Part shown: in pieces, positions 1 to 12,697 of the stretch | Position numbering within the stretch: the stretch's first letter is position 1 | Layout of the letters: every line of letters begins with the position of its first letter | Assembly (NCBI GenBank): GCA_043228905.1 | Contig: JBHGNT010000007.1 | Location: 15,996,001-16,060,000, forward strand | Source of the DNA: Azolla caroliniana | Lineage: Eukaryota; Plantae; Polypodiophyta | Reading direction: 5' to 3' | DNA length: 64,000 bases | Translations under genes and position numbers: made by a program | The notes under the pieces: model-generated | Told to the model about the DNA's origin: nothing | The model's database searches: none | The model's input: only the letters and a program-made list of their open reading frames with translations

Positions 1-49
1 TTTGCATCTTGGGAGTACAAGATGCACCAATACCCTGGGAGCATGGGAT

Positions 50-1588
50 AAATCGAGGTATGTCTATAGAAGTCGTCGATGAATGTTATGTGGTACCGAC
101 AACCACCGAATGTTGATGTCTGGGTTGGTCCCCATACATCTGAATGTATTACATCCAGGATCCCTTTGCTTACGTTCCTTTTCTTTGGGAATGGTTGTCG
201 GTGCTATTTACTGAATTGGCAAGCTTCGCACACGCTTGCAATCTCCTTTTCAGTAAAGGTCGGGAGTTCGGTGATGACTCCTTTTGACTGTATTCCTTTT
301 AGCTTTTGGAGATTGATGTGGCCAATCCTTTTGTGCCACTGCTCTATGTCAGTGTTGGCTCTATGACCCTAGGCATACATTGTCGATTTCATCTCATGTG
401 AATCGAGGATGAACATCCGACCTTTTCTTCGACCGCCGACAACAAGTCAGCCTTCTTTTTCGATAAAGCATCCTCTATCGTTGAATCGAACTTGCATGCC
501 TTGTTCCATAATCAGGCCAACCGCGACTAGGTTCTTCGTTGTTGTTGGAACATGCAAGAAGTTCTTGATGTAGGTTTGGTTGCCTTCTTCTCCAAATGGG
601 ACATTACCGACATGCTGAATGGGGTTAATTGTGTCATCCTCAGTTTCCACATATCCGGGTTGTTCGGGCTTTCGTAGATCTCAGAACCAATCCTCATGAG
701 ACGTCATGTGGTTGGATGCGTCCGAGTCGACAAACCATACATCTTTTGAGTTGGAGGTGTTGGTCAGGTTGGAGGCTGTCATAGAGTTCGCTCTATGCCT
801 CATTACAAACATTCTGCCACAATCGTCGTAATCGGAGTTCGAGGCGTAGTTGGTGAGTTGTTGACTTGTGGAGGCCGACTCACTCTTCTTTTTGCGACAC
901 TTTGCCTCATTATGGCTAAGATTGCCACGGTATCCGCACTAGGCGGGGTTATTCTGTCGGCTTGGTCCGACATGATAGGTCCCCCCTTCTACCTAACGCT
1001 CTGCCTCGCGCATTTGCAACGTCTTGTCAGTGTTTGAAGTTTTGTTCCCGGGGTTTCCTTTGGTTTTACCAACCTTGATCTGGTTGGCCCCTTCTTCCAC
1101 GACCTTGTCCTCTTCCTTCATCCAAGTTTGTGTAAAGCATCTGTCCGTCAGATGCGTTGCCTCTTGTTCGGACGTGATTTTCTTCCACCAGTAACATCGA
1201 CTAGAGATCAAAGCAGGAGGGAGACTTATCCCTTGTGAGGATGGCCGACGAAATGGTGTTGAAACGTGGTGCGAAGCCGCTGAGGAATATCTGCACCATT
1301 TCTTCGTCGTCAATGTTGACATTGATTGACCCTAGGGAGTCGCACAACTCCTTGGTCTTCAAGGTGTAGCTGGCGATGGACATATCCCTCTGTTGAATAA
1401 TGTTCAACTCTTGATGGAGATGAAGCTTTCGTGTGGTTGTGTTTGCCGCTAATATCTTCTTGAGGTTGCCCCACGTCTCTTTTGCCGTTTTGGCCTCTTA
1501 GATGTAGCCAAGCATGTGATCATGGACGCACGATGCAAGGTAGTACAACACCCGACTCGCTGCTTGCTCCCAAGCTGGATGGTCAACA
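50..1588 (-). mobile_element. Degenerate Ty1/copia internal region (gag, zinc knuckle, protease, GAG-pre-integrase, integrase start); oldest host element, continues at 11867
   Basis: ORF fragments ELCDSLGSINVNIDDEEMVQ and FLHVPTTTKNLVAVG; WFVDSDASNHMT readable at ~700-740 (minus). Homologous to the copia polyprotein at 31771-34143. Confidence 0.9.
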
Positions 1589-2246
1589 TGTTGGGAATAT
1601 GTCCCTCTAGTGGGAGGAGCCGACTGATTTGGGCCAAGAAGTGCCAATAGTTAAAAGACAAGGAGGAGCCAACTGTTCGGACCGAATGCCGATAGTTGAA
1701 GAGTCGACTATGAGAAAGTTGACTATGAAAATTGACTGGGTGAGTCAACAGGAAGGAGATCTAGGTCGAAGACATGACCGACTAGTCGGGCCGACCGGAT
1801 GCTCAATGACCTGGCCGACTAGACAGTCGACACTAGAGTCGAATGATGGCTATTTATTATTATAGATAATAATAGTAGTGATGTGTAGTAGGGGCTACAC
1901 TTGTAAATAGCCCATATGATGTATGAGTATAAATACATCTAGGGCAAATGTTGAGTATAGAGCGTGAGTAGAACAAAATAGTGTGTGCCTCTGTTTTGGT
2001 ATATATAGAGAGAGGGAGCGGTGCCATAGCTAAGAGAGCTTGGATGCCAAGTCTTCGGTGTGGTTGATACACTAGACATTGAGTGTGTTGTAATCTTCTC
2101 TATTGCATATCCACTATACAGTGAAGTTTTTTTTGTTCTCCGTGGTTTTCTCCCATTTTAGGGTTTCCACGTAAATCTGTGTGCACTACTTTTCCTGTGT
2201 TACAGCGTATTTCTTTTCATGTGGACCGACGACACGTCTCTCAACA
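1589..2246 (+). repeat. 5' LTR of the Tork-like copia
   Basis: tgttgggaatatgtccc...ctctcaaca; direct repeat of 5974 onward; TATAAA at ~1929. Confidence 0.92.
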
Positions 2247-2249
2247 AAT

Positions 2250-2261
2250 TGATATCAGAGC
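2250..2261 (+). promoter_or_regulatory. Primer-binding site (tRNA-iMet)
   Basis: tgatatcagagc, one mismatch to canonical TGGTATCAGAGC, 3 nt after the LTR end. Confidence 0.88.
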
Positions 2262-2274
2262 TTGAGGTGCAAGC

Positions 2275-5200
2275 ATGGAAGCAGGTGTGAGCGGTTTCCT
2301 AGGTATGCTAGTTTTGAACTCTCAGAACTATGCAGACTGGAAGATAAAGATGGAGGACCTTCTCATAGTCAAAGACCTGTACGAGACAATCGACAAAGTA
2401 GAAATACCCACGGGGGTATTACAGTCGGAATGGAAACATCTTAACAGAAAGGCGGTGGCCACAATCCAACAGTGTGTCGATGTAAGTTTCCTTCAACATG
2501 TGGTGAACGACACAAATGCCCACGAGATGTGGCAGAAGCAATCAGGTCTATACAAGAGGAAGAACACCCTCAGTAAAACATCACTAATGAGAAAGATTGT
2601 ACGGATGAAATACAGAGACGGTGAGAGCATTGTCGAACACATCAACACATTCATCGGGTATTTCAATCAACTTGCTGCAACCAAGTTTCCCCTTGATGAT
2701 GCGATGCAGGCCATCCTACTAATGTGCACATTGCCGGATAACTAGGAGAACCTAGTGGTTACTCTGAGCACCTCTTGTCAAGAAGAGAACTTGTCTTTAC
2801 AAGTGGTGAAGACAAGCATTCTGAATTAGGAAGCGAGAAGGAAGGACAAGAGGAAGGAACCGGTAAAGGAGTCCACCAAGGAGAGAAAAGTCTCAACACA
2901 GATCGAAGTTCAGAGGTAAGCTCGTGTGCTTTTATTTTGGAAAGCCTAGACACTTTCAAAAGGATTTCCGACACCTCAAGAAAGAAAAGAGTGTCGGTAT
3001 TAATGTCGAACCTAGGAAGATTCCTGAAGAAAAGAACACTTCAGCCATTGCTACGAGCAATGAAGAACTTTTGTTCATTTGTGAATAGACAAGTGCAAAT
3101 CTTGCAAGCGAAGAATGCACTTAAGTGATCGACTCTGGTGCATCTTTCCACATAACCCCATCGAGAGAGTATTTCTTGACTTAAATAGCCGTTGATCATG
3201 GTTATGTGAAGATGGGTGACAGTGGGGAGTGCAAGGTAGCCAGAATCAGAAGTGTCTACTTGACGACGTCGACCGATTGTCGACTGACTTTGAAGGATGT
3301 TCAACACGTCCCCGATATCAGATTGAATTTGATATCGACTGGAAAGATGGATGAAGAAAACTATAGTGGTAGTTTTCGAAACAACAAGTGGAAGTTCTGC
3401 TGTGGAAACCTCATAGTGGCCCGAGCACAGAAAGAAGGCACACTGTATATGATGCATGCCAAGAAGAGAAGAGGCACATCATTCCACACAAGACTACCAA
3501 GGAGAAGAGAAGATGCATTGGATCTAGTACACACGGATGTGTGCTATGTGGATGCTCCATCACATTGAGGTGGATGTTGGCATAAAAGGCCGACTCCTTC
3601 CAAGTTGTATCCGACCGAGTGTGAACTCGTCAATAAGTTAGGGCTTAGTATATAAGCAAATACCTAACATTGTATAGAGTGACAAGAGGAGAGAGACAAG
3701 AACTGATTCTCTGGTTATGTGTATTGTATCTCTAAGAGAGAGTGAGAATGAAGCAATAAAGCTTTCCATTAGAGCTTGCATTGTGTAAGTCTACGCCTAT
3801 TCTATTTTTTTGTTTGCGTTGTTTGATGTTCATAACCGACAACAGATCCATACAGGTTTCCGCAAAACGCACTCGTTGTCAACAGTGGACAGTACTTCGT
3901 AGCGTTTATTGATGACTATAGTTGGAATACATGGGCCTTCGTATTGAAGTCGAAGGATCAGGTACTGTCAATGTTTAAGGAGTTTTAGACGGTGGTGAGG
4001 AGTTGGGATGTAGTCTTCTTGGAAGAAAAAAAAATTGAGGACTGGAAGAAACAGAAGTCGGAATCGACTCCCCAATCGCCCTTGACCACCATCTTAAGGC
4101 TACCTGAACCAACACAGTTGGCTGTTCAGAGATAGCCAGTCGACACAACTAAATCTGAGTTGGTCGATTCAGAGCAGCCGACAAATATAGATCAATCAGA
4201 GTTGGCAGACCTATGGAAGTCGATTGAAGACTACGAGTCGGAATCGACAAATCTTCAATGACCGAACAACACAAATGAACCCGAGCCGAGAGTAGAGTCG
4301 GAAGAAACACCCAAACTGGAGCTGACAACAAGTGGAAAGAGATACCCACTCAGAGAAAGGAGAGCACCGACGACATATTCCAGTTAATACATCCTCTTGA
4401 CTGATGAAGGAGAACTGGAGTGCTATGAAGAAAGCACAACCGATAAACATAGCAAGAAGTGGCTAAATGCGATGCAAGAAGAGATGGACTCCTTGCACGA
4501 AAATTACACCTACGACCTGGTAGAGTTGCTGAAAGGTATGAGTGTACTCAAGAATAAATCGGTCTACAAGGTGAAGACCGGATAAGTCAACTGTGCTCCT
4601 AGGTATAAAGCCCGCATTGTGGTGAATGGTTTCCAATAGAAAAAGGGCGTTGACTTTGATGAAATATTCACTCCAGTTGTGAAGATGACATCCATTACAA
4701 CTGTTCTGAGCATGATCACTAGTATGGATTCGGAGATCAAACAGTTGGATGTCAAGATGACATTCTTGCACGGGGAGCTGGATGAAGAAATCTACATGCA
4801 GAAGCCCGAAGGCTTTCAGGAGAAAGGGAAAGAGAACTTGGTGTGTCGACTGAAGAAAAGCTTCTATGGCTTGAAACAAGCCCCACGCCAATGGTACAAG
4901 AAGTTCGAATCCTTCATGATGGAACATTGGTTCCAGAAAACACAGGTTGATCACTGCGTGTTCATCAAAAGGTACTAAGAAGGTGATTTCTTGATTCTCT
5001 TATTATATGTAGATGACATGTTGATAGTTGGTCAAGATACAAGGAAGATCAGAAGCTTGAAGAAAGCTCTAGGCAAATCGTTTGCCATGAAAGATCTTGG
5101 ACCGACTAAAAAAATATTGGGGATGCACATAGTTTGAGATAGAACTAAGAAAGTGTTGTGGTTGTCACAACAGAAGTATGTGACAAAGATCCTAGAGAGA

Positions 5201-5960
5201 TTCAACATGTCAAAAGCAAAGCCGGTCGGCTCTGTGTTACTGACTAACTGCAAGCTAAATGCAAAGCAATGCCCGAGAGGGGAGAGTACCATATGCCTCA
5301 GCTGTTGGCAGTTTAATGTATGCTATGGTCTGCATGAGACTAGACATAGCATTTGTTGTGGGAACAATAAGCCGATATATGAGCAATCCATGATGAGAAT
5401 ACTAGGCAACAGGAAAATGGATACTCAGGTACTTAAAAGGCACCTCGGGTTATGCATAAGGTATGGTGCCGGAAAACCCATGCTCGAAGGGTTTACTGAT
5501 TCAGACATATCGGGGGATGCAGCCTGGAGCCGATCCACGTCAGGGTACGTGATGACCTATGCAGGGGGAGTAGTGTTGTGGTAGTCACGATTGCAGAAGT
5601 CTGTGGCCTTGTTGACCACAGAGGTAGACAGAGTATATGGCAGGGGTAGAGGACGACAAGGAGCTGATTTGGATGAAGAGTTTCCTTAGTGAACTCAGGA
5701 TGAAGCAAGAAGAATTCTTGCTCCACTGTGGTAATAAGAGTGCCATACATATTGCAAAGAATGTTGCATACCACTCTCGAACCAAACATATACAAAGGAG
5801 GTATCACTGGTTGTGAGAGAAGGTAGATGAAAGAGAGTTTTCCCTCGTGAAGATTCATACCGACGATAATGGATCTGACATGCTCATGAAGAACCTACCA
5901 ATGGACAGACTCAGTGTTTGCCGACAGAAGACCAGACAGACAGACTCCCACCCACTGGAG
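2275..5960 (+). pseudogene. Disrupted copia gag-pol polyprotein
   Basis: LNSQNYADWKIKMED (gag); LDLVHTDVC (INT); QLDVKMTFLHGELDEEIYM..YGLKQAPRQW (RT); LEGFTDSD (RH); many stops and deletions. Confidence 0.9.
3575..3884 (+). mobile_element. Solo LTR (310 bp) inserted in the copia integrase
   Basis: TGTTGG..TCAACA ends; perfect 5-bp TSD gtgga (3570-3574 / 3885-3889); internal TATA and AATAAA. Confidence 0.88.
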
Positions 5961-5973
5961 AGAAGGGGGAGTT

Positions 5974-6361
5974 TGATGGGAATATGTCCCTCCAGTGTGA
6001 GGAGCCGACTGATTTGTGCCAAGAAGTGCCAACAATCGAAGACGAGGAGGAGCCAACCATTCGGACTGAGTGTCGATGGTTGATGAGTCAATTGCAAGAA
6101 AGTCGACTATGAAAATTGACTGGGTGAGTCGACAGGAAGGAGATCCAGGTCGAAGACACGACCAACTAGTCGGGCCGACTAGACCGTCGACACTAGAATC
6201 AGTTGATGGCTACTTATTGCTATAGATAATAATAGTAGTGATGTATAGTAGGGGCAACACTTGTAAATAGCCTATATGATGTATGGCTATAAATACATCT
6301 AGGGCAAATGTTGAGTATAGAGCGTGAGTAGAACAGAATAGTGTGTCCCTTTGTTTTGGTA

Positions 6362-6401
<40 letters not shown>

Positions 6402-6559
6402 TGCCATAGCTAAGAGAGCTTGGACGCCAAGAGCCCGGTGTGGCTGATACACTAGATTGTGAGGGTGCTATAATCTTCTCTATTGTATATCCATTGTACA
6501 ATGAAGTTTTTTTTGTTCTTCGTGGTTTTCTCCCGTGTTAGGGTTTCCACGTAATACGT
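5974..6559 (+). repeat. 3' LTR of the Tork-like copia, first part, with expanded (GA)n at 6365-6398
   Basis: Follows PPT ggagagaagggggag; aligns to 1589-2175. Confidence 0.9.
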
Positions 6560-6604
6560 TGTCATAGTGTGAATCACACACTACGTGAAATATGTAAAAT
6601 ACTA

Positions 6605-8026
6605 CAGTAGACATTCGGTTAAGTGCGCACTTTGAACGCAAGGGAAAAGTGCGCACTTAACCGAGCTGCGCATTTAGGGCTTTTTTAGTAATAATAAAAA
6701 AAATCCCAATTTTTTCTTTCCTGTTCTAATTTTGAGAGAGCCCAACCCCAACAGCCATCGTTGAGGCCCTCCTTGCTGCTATAATCGCTCCCACGTTGCT
6801 GCAATCCATGTCACTCACCACGTTTCTTTCTTATGTCTATTTTTTGGTGTCTATGCTATGAATACGAGAGAAAGATTCGGAAGAGAAGGGAGGTCTTGTG
6901 GATAGTTTAGATGGCCTGATTCTCTACATATTTTAGATTGTAATCGTTTAGAGATTGTGCGTGATGTCGTTAGTTTGAATTGTGGCATGTGGTTTAGGAG
7001 AAACGATCCACGTACTTGGTTGAGATAGTGCTACAAAAATACCTAAGAGTAGCGAGCTATCAATCGATTAATAGTTTTTCTTTTATGTGAGTCCACATAA
7101 CAAGCTATTAATCGATTAATAGCTTTCCCTTCATGTGAGTCCACATAATGAGCTATTAATCGATTAATAGTTTTTGTTTTATGTGAACTCACATAAAAGA
7201 AAAACTATTAATCAATTAATAGCTTTCCCGTAATGTGAGTCCACATAATGAGCTTTTAATTGATTAATAGTTTTTCTTTTATGTAAGTCCAAATAACGAG
7301 CTATTAATCGATTAATAGTTTTCCCCTAATGTGAGTCCACATAACGAGCTATTAATCAATTAATAACTTTCCCCTAATGTGAGTCCACATAATGAGCTAT
7401 TAATCGATTGATAGTTTTTCCTTTATGTGAGTTCACATAATGAGCTATTAATCGATTAATAGCTTTCCCCTAATGTGAATCCACATAATGAGCTATTAAT
7501 TGATTAATAGCTTTCCCCTAATGTAAGTCCACATAATGAGCTATTAATCGATTAATAGTTTTTCTTTTATGTGAGCTCACATAATGAACTATTAATCGAT
7601 TAATGGCTTTCCCTAATATGAGTCCACATAATGAGCTATTAATCGATTAATAGTTTTTCCTTTATGTGAGCTCACATAATGAGCGATTAATCAATTAATA
7701 GCTTTCCCCTAATATGAGTCCACATAATGAGCTATTAATTGATTAACCAATCGATAGTTTTCACTTCATTGACCCTCACCCAACCTATGCAATGGTAGGA
7801 ATGCAAGATCTAAGTTCAATTCATTTTGTGGTTCACAACATCAATTTTATTAAATGTTGATCATTTTGTTGTTTTTTGAATGTTTAGAATATAGTTTCAA
7901 TTTGGTTTTATGTAATTTCATCATGAAATAATGAAATTTTTATGATCTCTATTTTGACCTCTATAAAAAGCGCACTTAATAGAATGGCACATTTAAGTGG
8001 GCACGCACTTAACCGAATGTCTACTG
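6605..8026. mobile_element. Non-autonomous Tc1/mariner (pogo-like) DNA transposon
   Basis: Perfect 23-bp TIRs cagtagacattcggttaagtgcg (6605-6627 / 8004-8026); TA duplication on both sides; no transposase ORF. Confidence 0.9.
7054..7757. repeat. Tandem array of ~15 x 48-bp doubly palindromic units
   Basis: Unit gagctattaatcgattaatagctttcccctaatgtgagtccacataat; contains a 22-bp palindrome agctattaatcgattaatagct and an atgtgag.tcacat dyad. Confidence 0.95.
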
Positions 8027-8702
8027 TATATCTGATTTAAAGTACGTATAATAAATAAAATAAAATATTAAAAATGTTTATTCCATGCATAGGGCAGAAT
8101 TCGAACGCTATACCTCCATGTAGACAAACCCCAATCTTACCATTGTACTAACTTATCCTAAGTGTTTTAAAATATAGATTTAATACATATAAGACCTTTA
8201 TTTACGCCTACCTTTATTAAAAGGTAAGTCATGCATTAGAATGCGTGAATACTTTATTTATAAGAAAAATGTACACCAATAGAAAATGACTTGTGCACAT
8301 CTAGCGAGCATGAGCACTATATTTAGGATATAAAAAGCAACTCATGCACATTTAGTGTGCATGAACACTTTAGAAAAAGCATGAAGCTATGCTTAGCCTC
8401 TTCCATCCTTATATAAGGAGGAGAGAAAGATGTATGGGGGGTTGTTGATTATTTTACAAGGATTGATTAATAAAAAATAAATATTCGTGGGATTCACGAT
8501 TTTGCCATCTATTTCTCTCTTACATTCTAAGTATCAATTAATACACTATACTCGTGGGATTCACGAGTTTTTCATATCTTTCTTTCTTACCATATATTTC
8601 ATATTCTTAATTATCTTAGAATTTTCTTTTCTCCTAGTCCAAAACCTCGGTGGTTCCCACCCGATTCACGCAACGATCCAGAGCCGAAAGGCACGACACA
8701 AT

Positions 8703-8720
8703 TGGTGAACCCGACATGAA
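8703..8720 (+). promoter_or_regulatory. Primer-binding site complementary to the tRNA-Trp 3' end
   Basis: tggtgaacccgacatgaa, 4 nt after the LTR end; matches the recalled plant tRNA-Trp end (..UUCACGUCGGGUUCACCA) with one mismatch. Confidence 0.75.
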
Positions 8721-8737
8721 CACGGGTGGCAAGGAGA

Positions 8738-10365
8738 TGGAACCCTAAACCCGCTATCTTCGGGACTACAAGGCGGAAATGATACGATGCGGGATTTCGG
8801 AAGGACTACAAGTGACATCCTTAAACCGGGTCGCTACCGACGGGCTTCAAGCAAGTATCCACGGGCTATGACAACAAAATCCGACGTGGGAAGCATTTGA
8901 AGAGGCGCTAAAGACCACGTTCGCTATCGAGGACTCCTCCAAAGCAACGCGGAGAGGATTCGAGGATTGGGTAGAAACGCCAGACAAGGGGATGAAGGTC
9001 CTCGATGTGTTTTCGGCATTCGAAAGTCGGTTTGGGAGGTTGTTTGCGAGAGATCAAGCTATCCTCACACCGGACAAAGTTATCATGTTCTTACGAGCCG
9101 TAGACGTCCGAGACCGGAAGGATCTTGGAGTGCTTGTAGAGGACACGACTACCGAGAGTGGCCTCACCGAAGCATGGGAAAACGTGTTGGATATCGTCGC
9201 GCGATACACAAAGAGGGGGCAATGGCTTACCAACGAAGAAAAGAGGGTTTCGGAACCGATTCCGAAACCGAGATCTGGATCGGAAGACCATCAACCGCGG
9301 GCTCGGGAAGCTACGGCCGAGAAGGGAATCGACGCAACTATGGTGGAGCAGTTGCTGAAGGAGATGGACCATCGGTGCATATGGTGCGATAGCACCGAAC
9401 ATGATCGGAGGGATTGCAACGAGCACAAGAAAGCGCTACGATGGGATCTTATCTACTACAAGGGAAATTGGATTCATTCGATGGACTCTCGGAAGCTGCT
9501 CCGACCGAACTTCCGAAAAGGCGGCATGAAGAAGGTCCTAGAGGAGGAAATAGCGGTGAAGAGCAATTACGCGACAACCGCGGGAATACGTGTTGGGGAG
9601 TCATCAGGAGCAATGGTGTCTTTTTGGCCGGAAGTGCTAGAAAACACCGAGAAAACCGACTCCAACGAGATCCGAAGCACCGCGGAAGGAATCCGGGAAG
9701 CTATGGGATGGGAGTGCCCCGTTGATAAGAATAGCATATACGCCCTATGTCAATTACATGAGGTGTATGTGGACGAGAAGCGGAGACGCACGGAGGATGC
9801 GGCTGGACCATCGAAGACACCGGAGAGCTGGAACTCCGACATTCAAAACTCGCTTTGGACATCGAGCAACGGACAAACATAAAGAAAGTGTTCGAGGAGA
9901 GAATCCTCGATAGCCGGGTAGATTTTTCACTTCGGGAACTACTCGGAATAGCAAAAAAGGAGTTCCATGATCTTCTTGTGGATCTCGTAAAAAGAAAAAG
10001 ACAAACTACAGAGGAAAATGCGCCGATGGTGAATGCAAATACCGTTGTGGTGAACGACACCGAAGTGGAGGACGAGATTCCGAATTCCCACTATACAAAG
10101 CCACATTGGGCGCGCGCAACTACGGAGACTCTGGTTCGAATCGGCAACATCAAAGAGCCCATGCTAGCATTGATTAATCACGGATCGGAGATCAATTTGA
10201 TGTCCAAAGAGTTCTACCGGAAGGGGAAGTGGCCTATTAACACCAATCATGGATGGAAGATCCGGGCGGCCACTAAAGCAACAAAAGATCTATTTGTGGC
10301 TTGTCTGGATGTGACGGTGAAGATCGGGGATGTCGAGATCGACCAAAATTTCTTCGTACAAGACT
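8738..10365 (+). pseudogene. Gypsy gag and aspartic protease remnant
   Basis: ORFs 8992-9882 and 9855-10400; zinc knuckle and protease-like motif; RT, RH and INT absent. Confidence 0.8.
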
Positions 10366-10861
10366 CATGCACATCTAGCGAGCATGAGCACTATATTTAG
10401 GAAATAAAAGCATACTGTAAAAAAAAGCAACTCATGCACATTTAGTGTGCATGAACACTTTAGAAAAAGCATGAAGCTATGCTTAGCCTCTTGCATCCTT
10501 ATATAAGGAGGAGAGAAGGATGTATGGGGGGTTGTTGATTATTTTACAAGGATTTATTAATAAAAAATAAATATTCGTGGGATTCACGATTTTGCCATCT
10601 ATTTCTCTCTTACATTCTAAGTATCAATTAATACACTATACTCGTGGGATTCATGAGTTTTTCATATCTTTCTTTCTTACCATATATTTCATATTCTTAA
10701 TTATCTTAGAATTTTCTTTTCTCCTAGTCCAAAACCTCGGTGGTTCCCACCCGATTCACGCAACGATCCAGAGCCGAAAGGCACGACAATGTGTGCACTG
10801 CTTTTCTTGTGTTTCTCTGTGTATTTCAGCATATTTCCTTTCTTGTGGACCGACGACGCGT

Positions 10862-11853
10862 TGTCGTGGCATGGCTTGTCCAAAAGCGTAGCATTGCGCA
10901 GACAAAAGATAACGTGAAAATGAAGGAATCACTAGGATTATGGACGGAAGAGATGAAAGAGTAGAGATGAAGTGAATAGAGATCGACAGGATATGGCAAG
11001 GTAGGATTTTTAAGAAATATGAGATATGGCAAGATAAGATATAAAATGATATTTGAGAAAATGTAGGAAATTTATAATCATTATCATGAAAGAGTTACAA
11101 AATGGCTACGAGCGTCGTTGGACCTTCGATTTTCGTCTCACAAACTAACCGCTCTTCCTTTCCTTGATAGTAGACCATAATCTTCCATTCAAGAATCTTT
11201 CGACGAGGATAAGGCTCGGACCACCACCCTTCCATTGCGAGTTGAGGACCACAACTGCCAAGCTAGTTCTCCTCTAGTCTTTTGAAGATACCTCTCTCTC
11301 CCTCTTTGTCTATTATGATCTATTATAATTCTCTCATCCCCTTCTCTTTTTATAGCAAAGGGATAGTCTTGCATATGGTCCATGTGGCGCACATGCAGAT
11401 TGGCTCTTGCATGTGTGCTATATGGTGCACATGTAATACATTACAATGTTTACACTATTTAATACAAGTTCAAATAATACAACACGTAGGTTTTTGAAAT
11501 GTTGTGAGTATTGGCTAAGTGGTAGTGTTTGTGGCTTTCAAAGTTGAGGTTGTGGGTTTGAGTCGTCTCTAGAGCATGTAATATAAATATTTTTCTTTCC
11601 ATAGTTGTTGTATATAATGTACTATAATATTATTTATATAGTTTATATATCATGAATGTTTGCTAATTCAACTTTAGGCTCATAAGGTGGAAGTTACTTC
11701 AAGTCCTCTCTTGTCCTCATAATATAGTGTTTTACTTTATTCACCTATATAATGTATAATATTATATAAAACACTATCAAGATTCTTTTTATTTATAGTT
11801 ATGTATTTATCTTATTGTAGACTTTTGATGTGAAGCTTTCATACTTCACGACA
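10862..11853 (-). mobile_element. Gypsy-type solo LTR (~990 bp) inserted in the copia 3' LTR
   Basis: TGTCGTG..CACGACA termini; 4-bp TSD gcgt/acgt; the copia LTR end (ctctcaaca) resumes after it; TATA on minus at ~11350. Confidence 0.82.
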
Positions 11854-11866
11854 ACGTCTCTCAACA

Positions 11867-12015
11867 CGGCATGTGCTGGGTTGGGTTGATTTTCATTTGC
11901 TCCTTTGACATAACTCTAATAGTCTTGGCCGACAAAGTATTGGTGCATCTTGTACTCCTAAGTTGCGAAATTGTTTCTGTCGAGTTTTTCTGTAGGAAGA
12001 CCGCTTCCCATCTGA
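11867..12015 (-). pseudogene. N-terminus of the host copia gag (continuation of 50-1588)
   Basis: MGSGLPTEKLDRNNFAT*EYKMHQY...ENQPNPAH joins DHPAWEQAAS at 1588. Confidence 0.88.
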
Positions 12016-12697
12016 GTGTTTATGTCGAACCTCTTCTTCTCTTTATTCGAATTGTGTAGGTCGTTGCTATAACGATCTGTCGGGTCTCTATGAACTTGAA
12101 TATGTAAACCTTCGTGGAAAAGGAAATGACACTTACATTGTGGCATCCAGGTATGAGCACCCTTTTATGAGGACTTCATGGCAATCCATGTGAAAGGCAT
12201 GGCCAACCAGTGCAACGTGGAGACCACTCAAATAAAGCAATGACATTGCTGTCACAAGAGGCCGACTAAAAGGAAAGGTATACACAACCAACAAGGCAGA
12301 ATTGTGAAGGATTTTGGGATTGGGTCGATAATGCGAGAAGAGATGCCAAAACATCGTAAATCAAGAAGGAAACTCTAATAAAGAGTAAGAGCAAGGTTTA
12401 GTAGTGAAGCCTATGGCATAATGTAATGAATGCAATGTTGTTAGTTAGTGGAAGCTTTCTTCATCATCATCTTTCTTGTTTGGGTGTTCCTACCTATTCT
12501 TGTCATTTTGTTGAGGGATACTTAGTAGGTTGTCATTGTTTCGGTTGTTCTGCAGTTGTTAGCTAGAAGATTAGCTTTGATCAAACAATTCTTGGCTATA
12601 CCCCCTATGTATTTAATGCACAAATGGCTTATCAGTTGCATCCCAATTCTTTCTTCTTGATTCTAATATAAAGTCATTATTTGCTTTCTTTTGGTAG

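Larger units (their letters stand above)
6560..10788 (+). mobile_element. Internally deleted Ty3/gypsy element (gag and protease only), tRNA-Trp primed, possibly Phygy-like
   Basis: 5' LTR 6560-8698 (interrupted by a DNA element); PBS 8703-8720; gag with CxxC..H..C (RCIWCDSTEHDRRDC); protease-like ALINHGSEINLMS; 5'-truncated 3' LTR ~10365-10788; 4-bp TSD acgt/atgt. Confidence 0.85.
1589..11866 (+). mobile_element. Ty1/copia LTR retrotransposon (Tnt1/Tork-like), decayed, with nested insertions in the integrase and 3' LTR
   Basis: 5' LTR 1589-2246 (TG..CA); Met-type PBS; gag, PR, INT, RT and RH remnants; PPT 5957-5971; 3' LTR in three pieces (5974-6559, 10789-10861, 11854-11866); degraded TSD caaca/cggca. 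The host copia gag frame rejoins across the element. Confidence 0.9.

Noticed and set aside
7054-7757. CRISPR-like appearance (palindromic repeats at regular spacing)
   Set aside because: The intervening sequences are repeated rather than unique spacers, there are no cas genes, and the array lies inside a TIR element in eukaryotic DNA.
8487-8708. Duplicated hydrophobic 'membrane protein' ORFs (also 10577-10891, 21104-21376, 25987-26259)
   Set aside because: They lie in pyrimidine-rich LTR sequence and are duplicated only because the LTRs are.
12130-12360. Possible GRF-zinc-finger-like remnant (CEGFWDWVD)
   Set aside because: A single short motif with no supporting frame or upstream Cys/His pattern.
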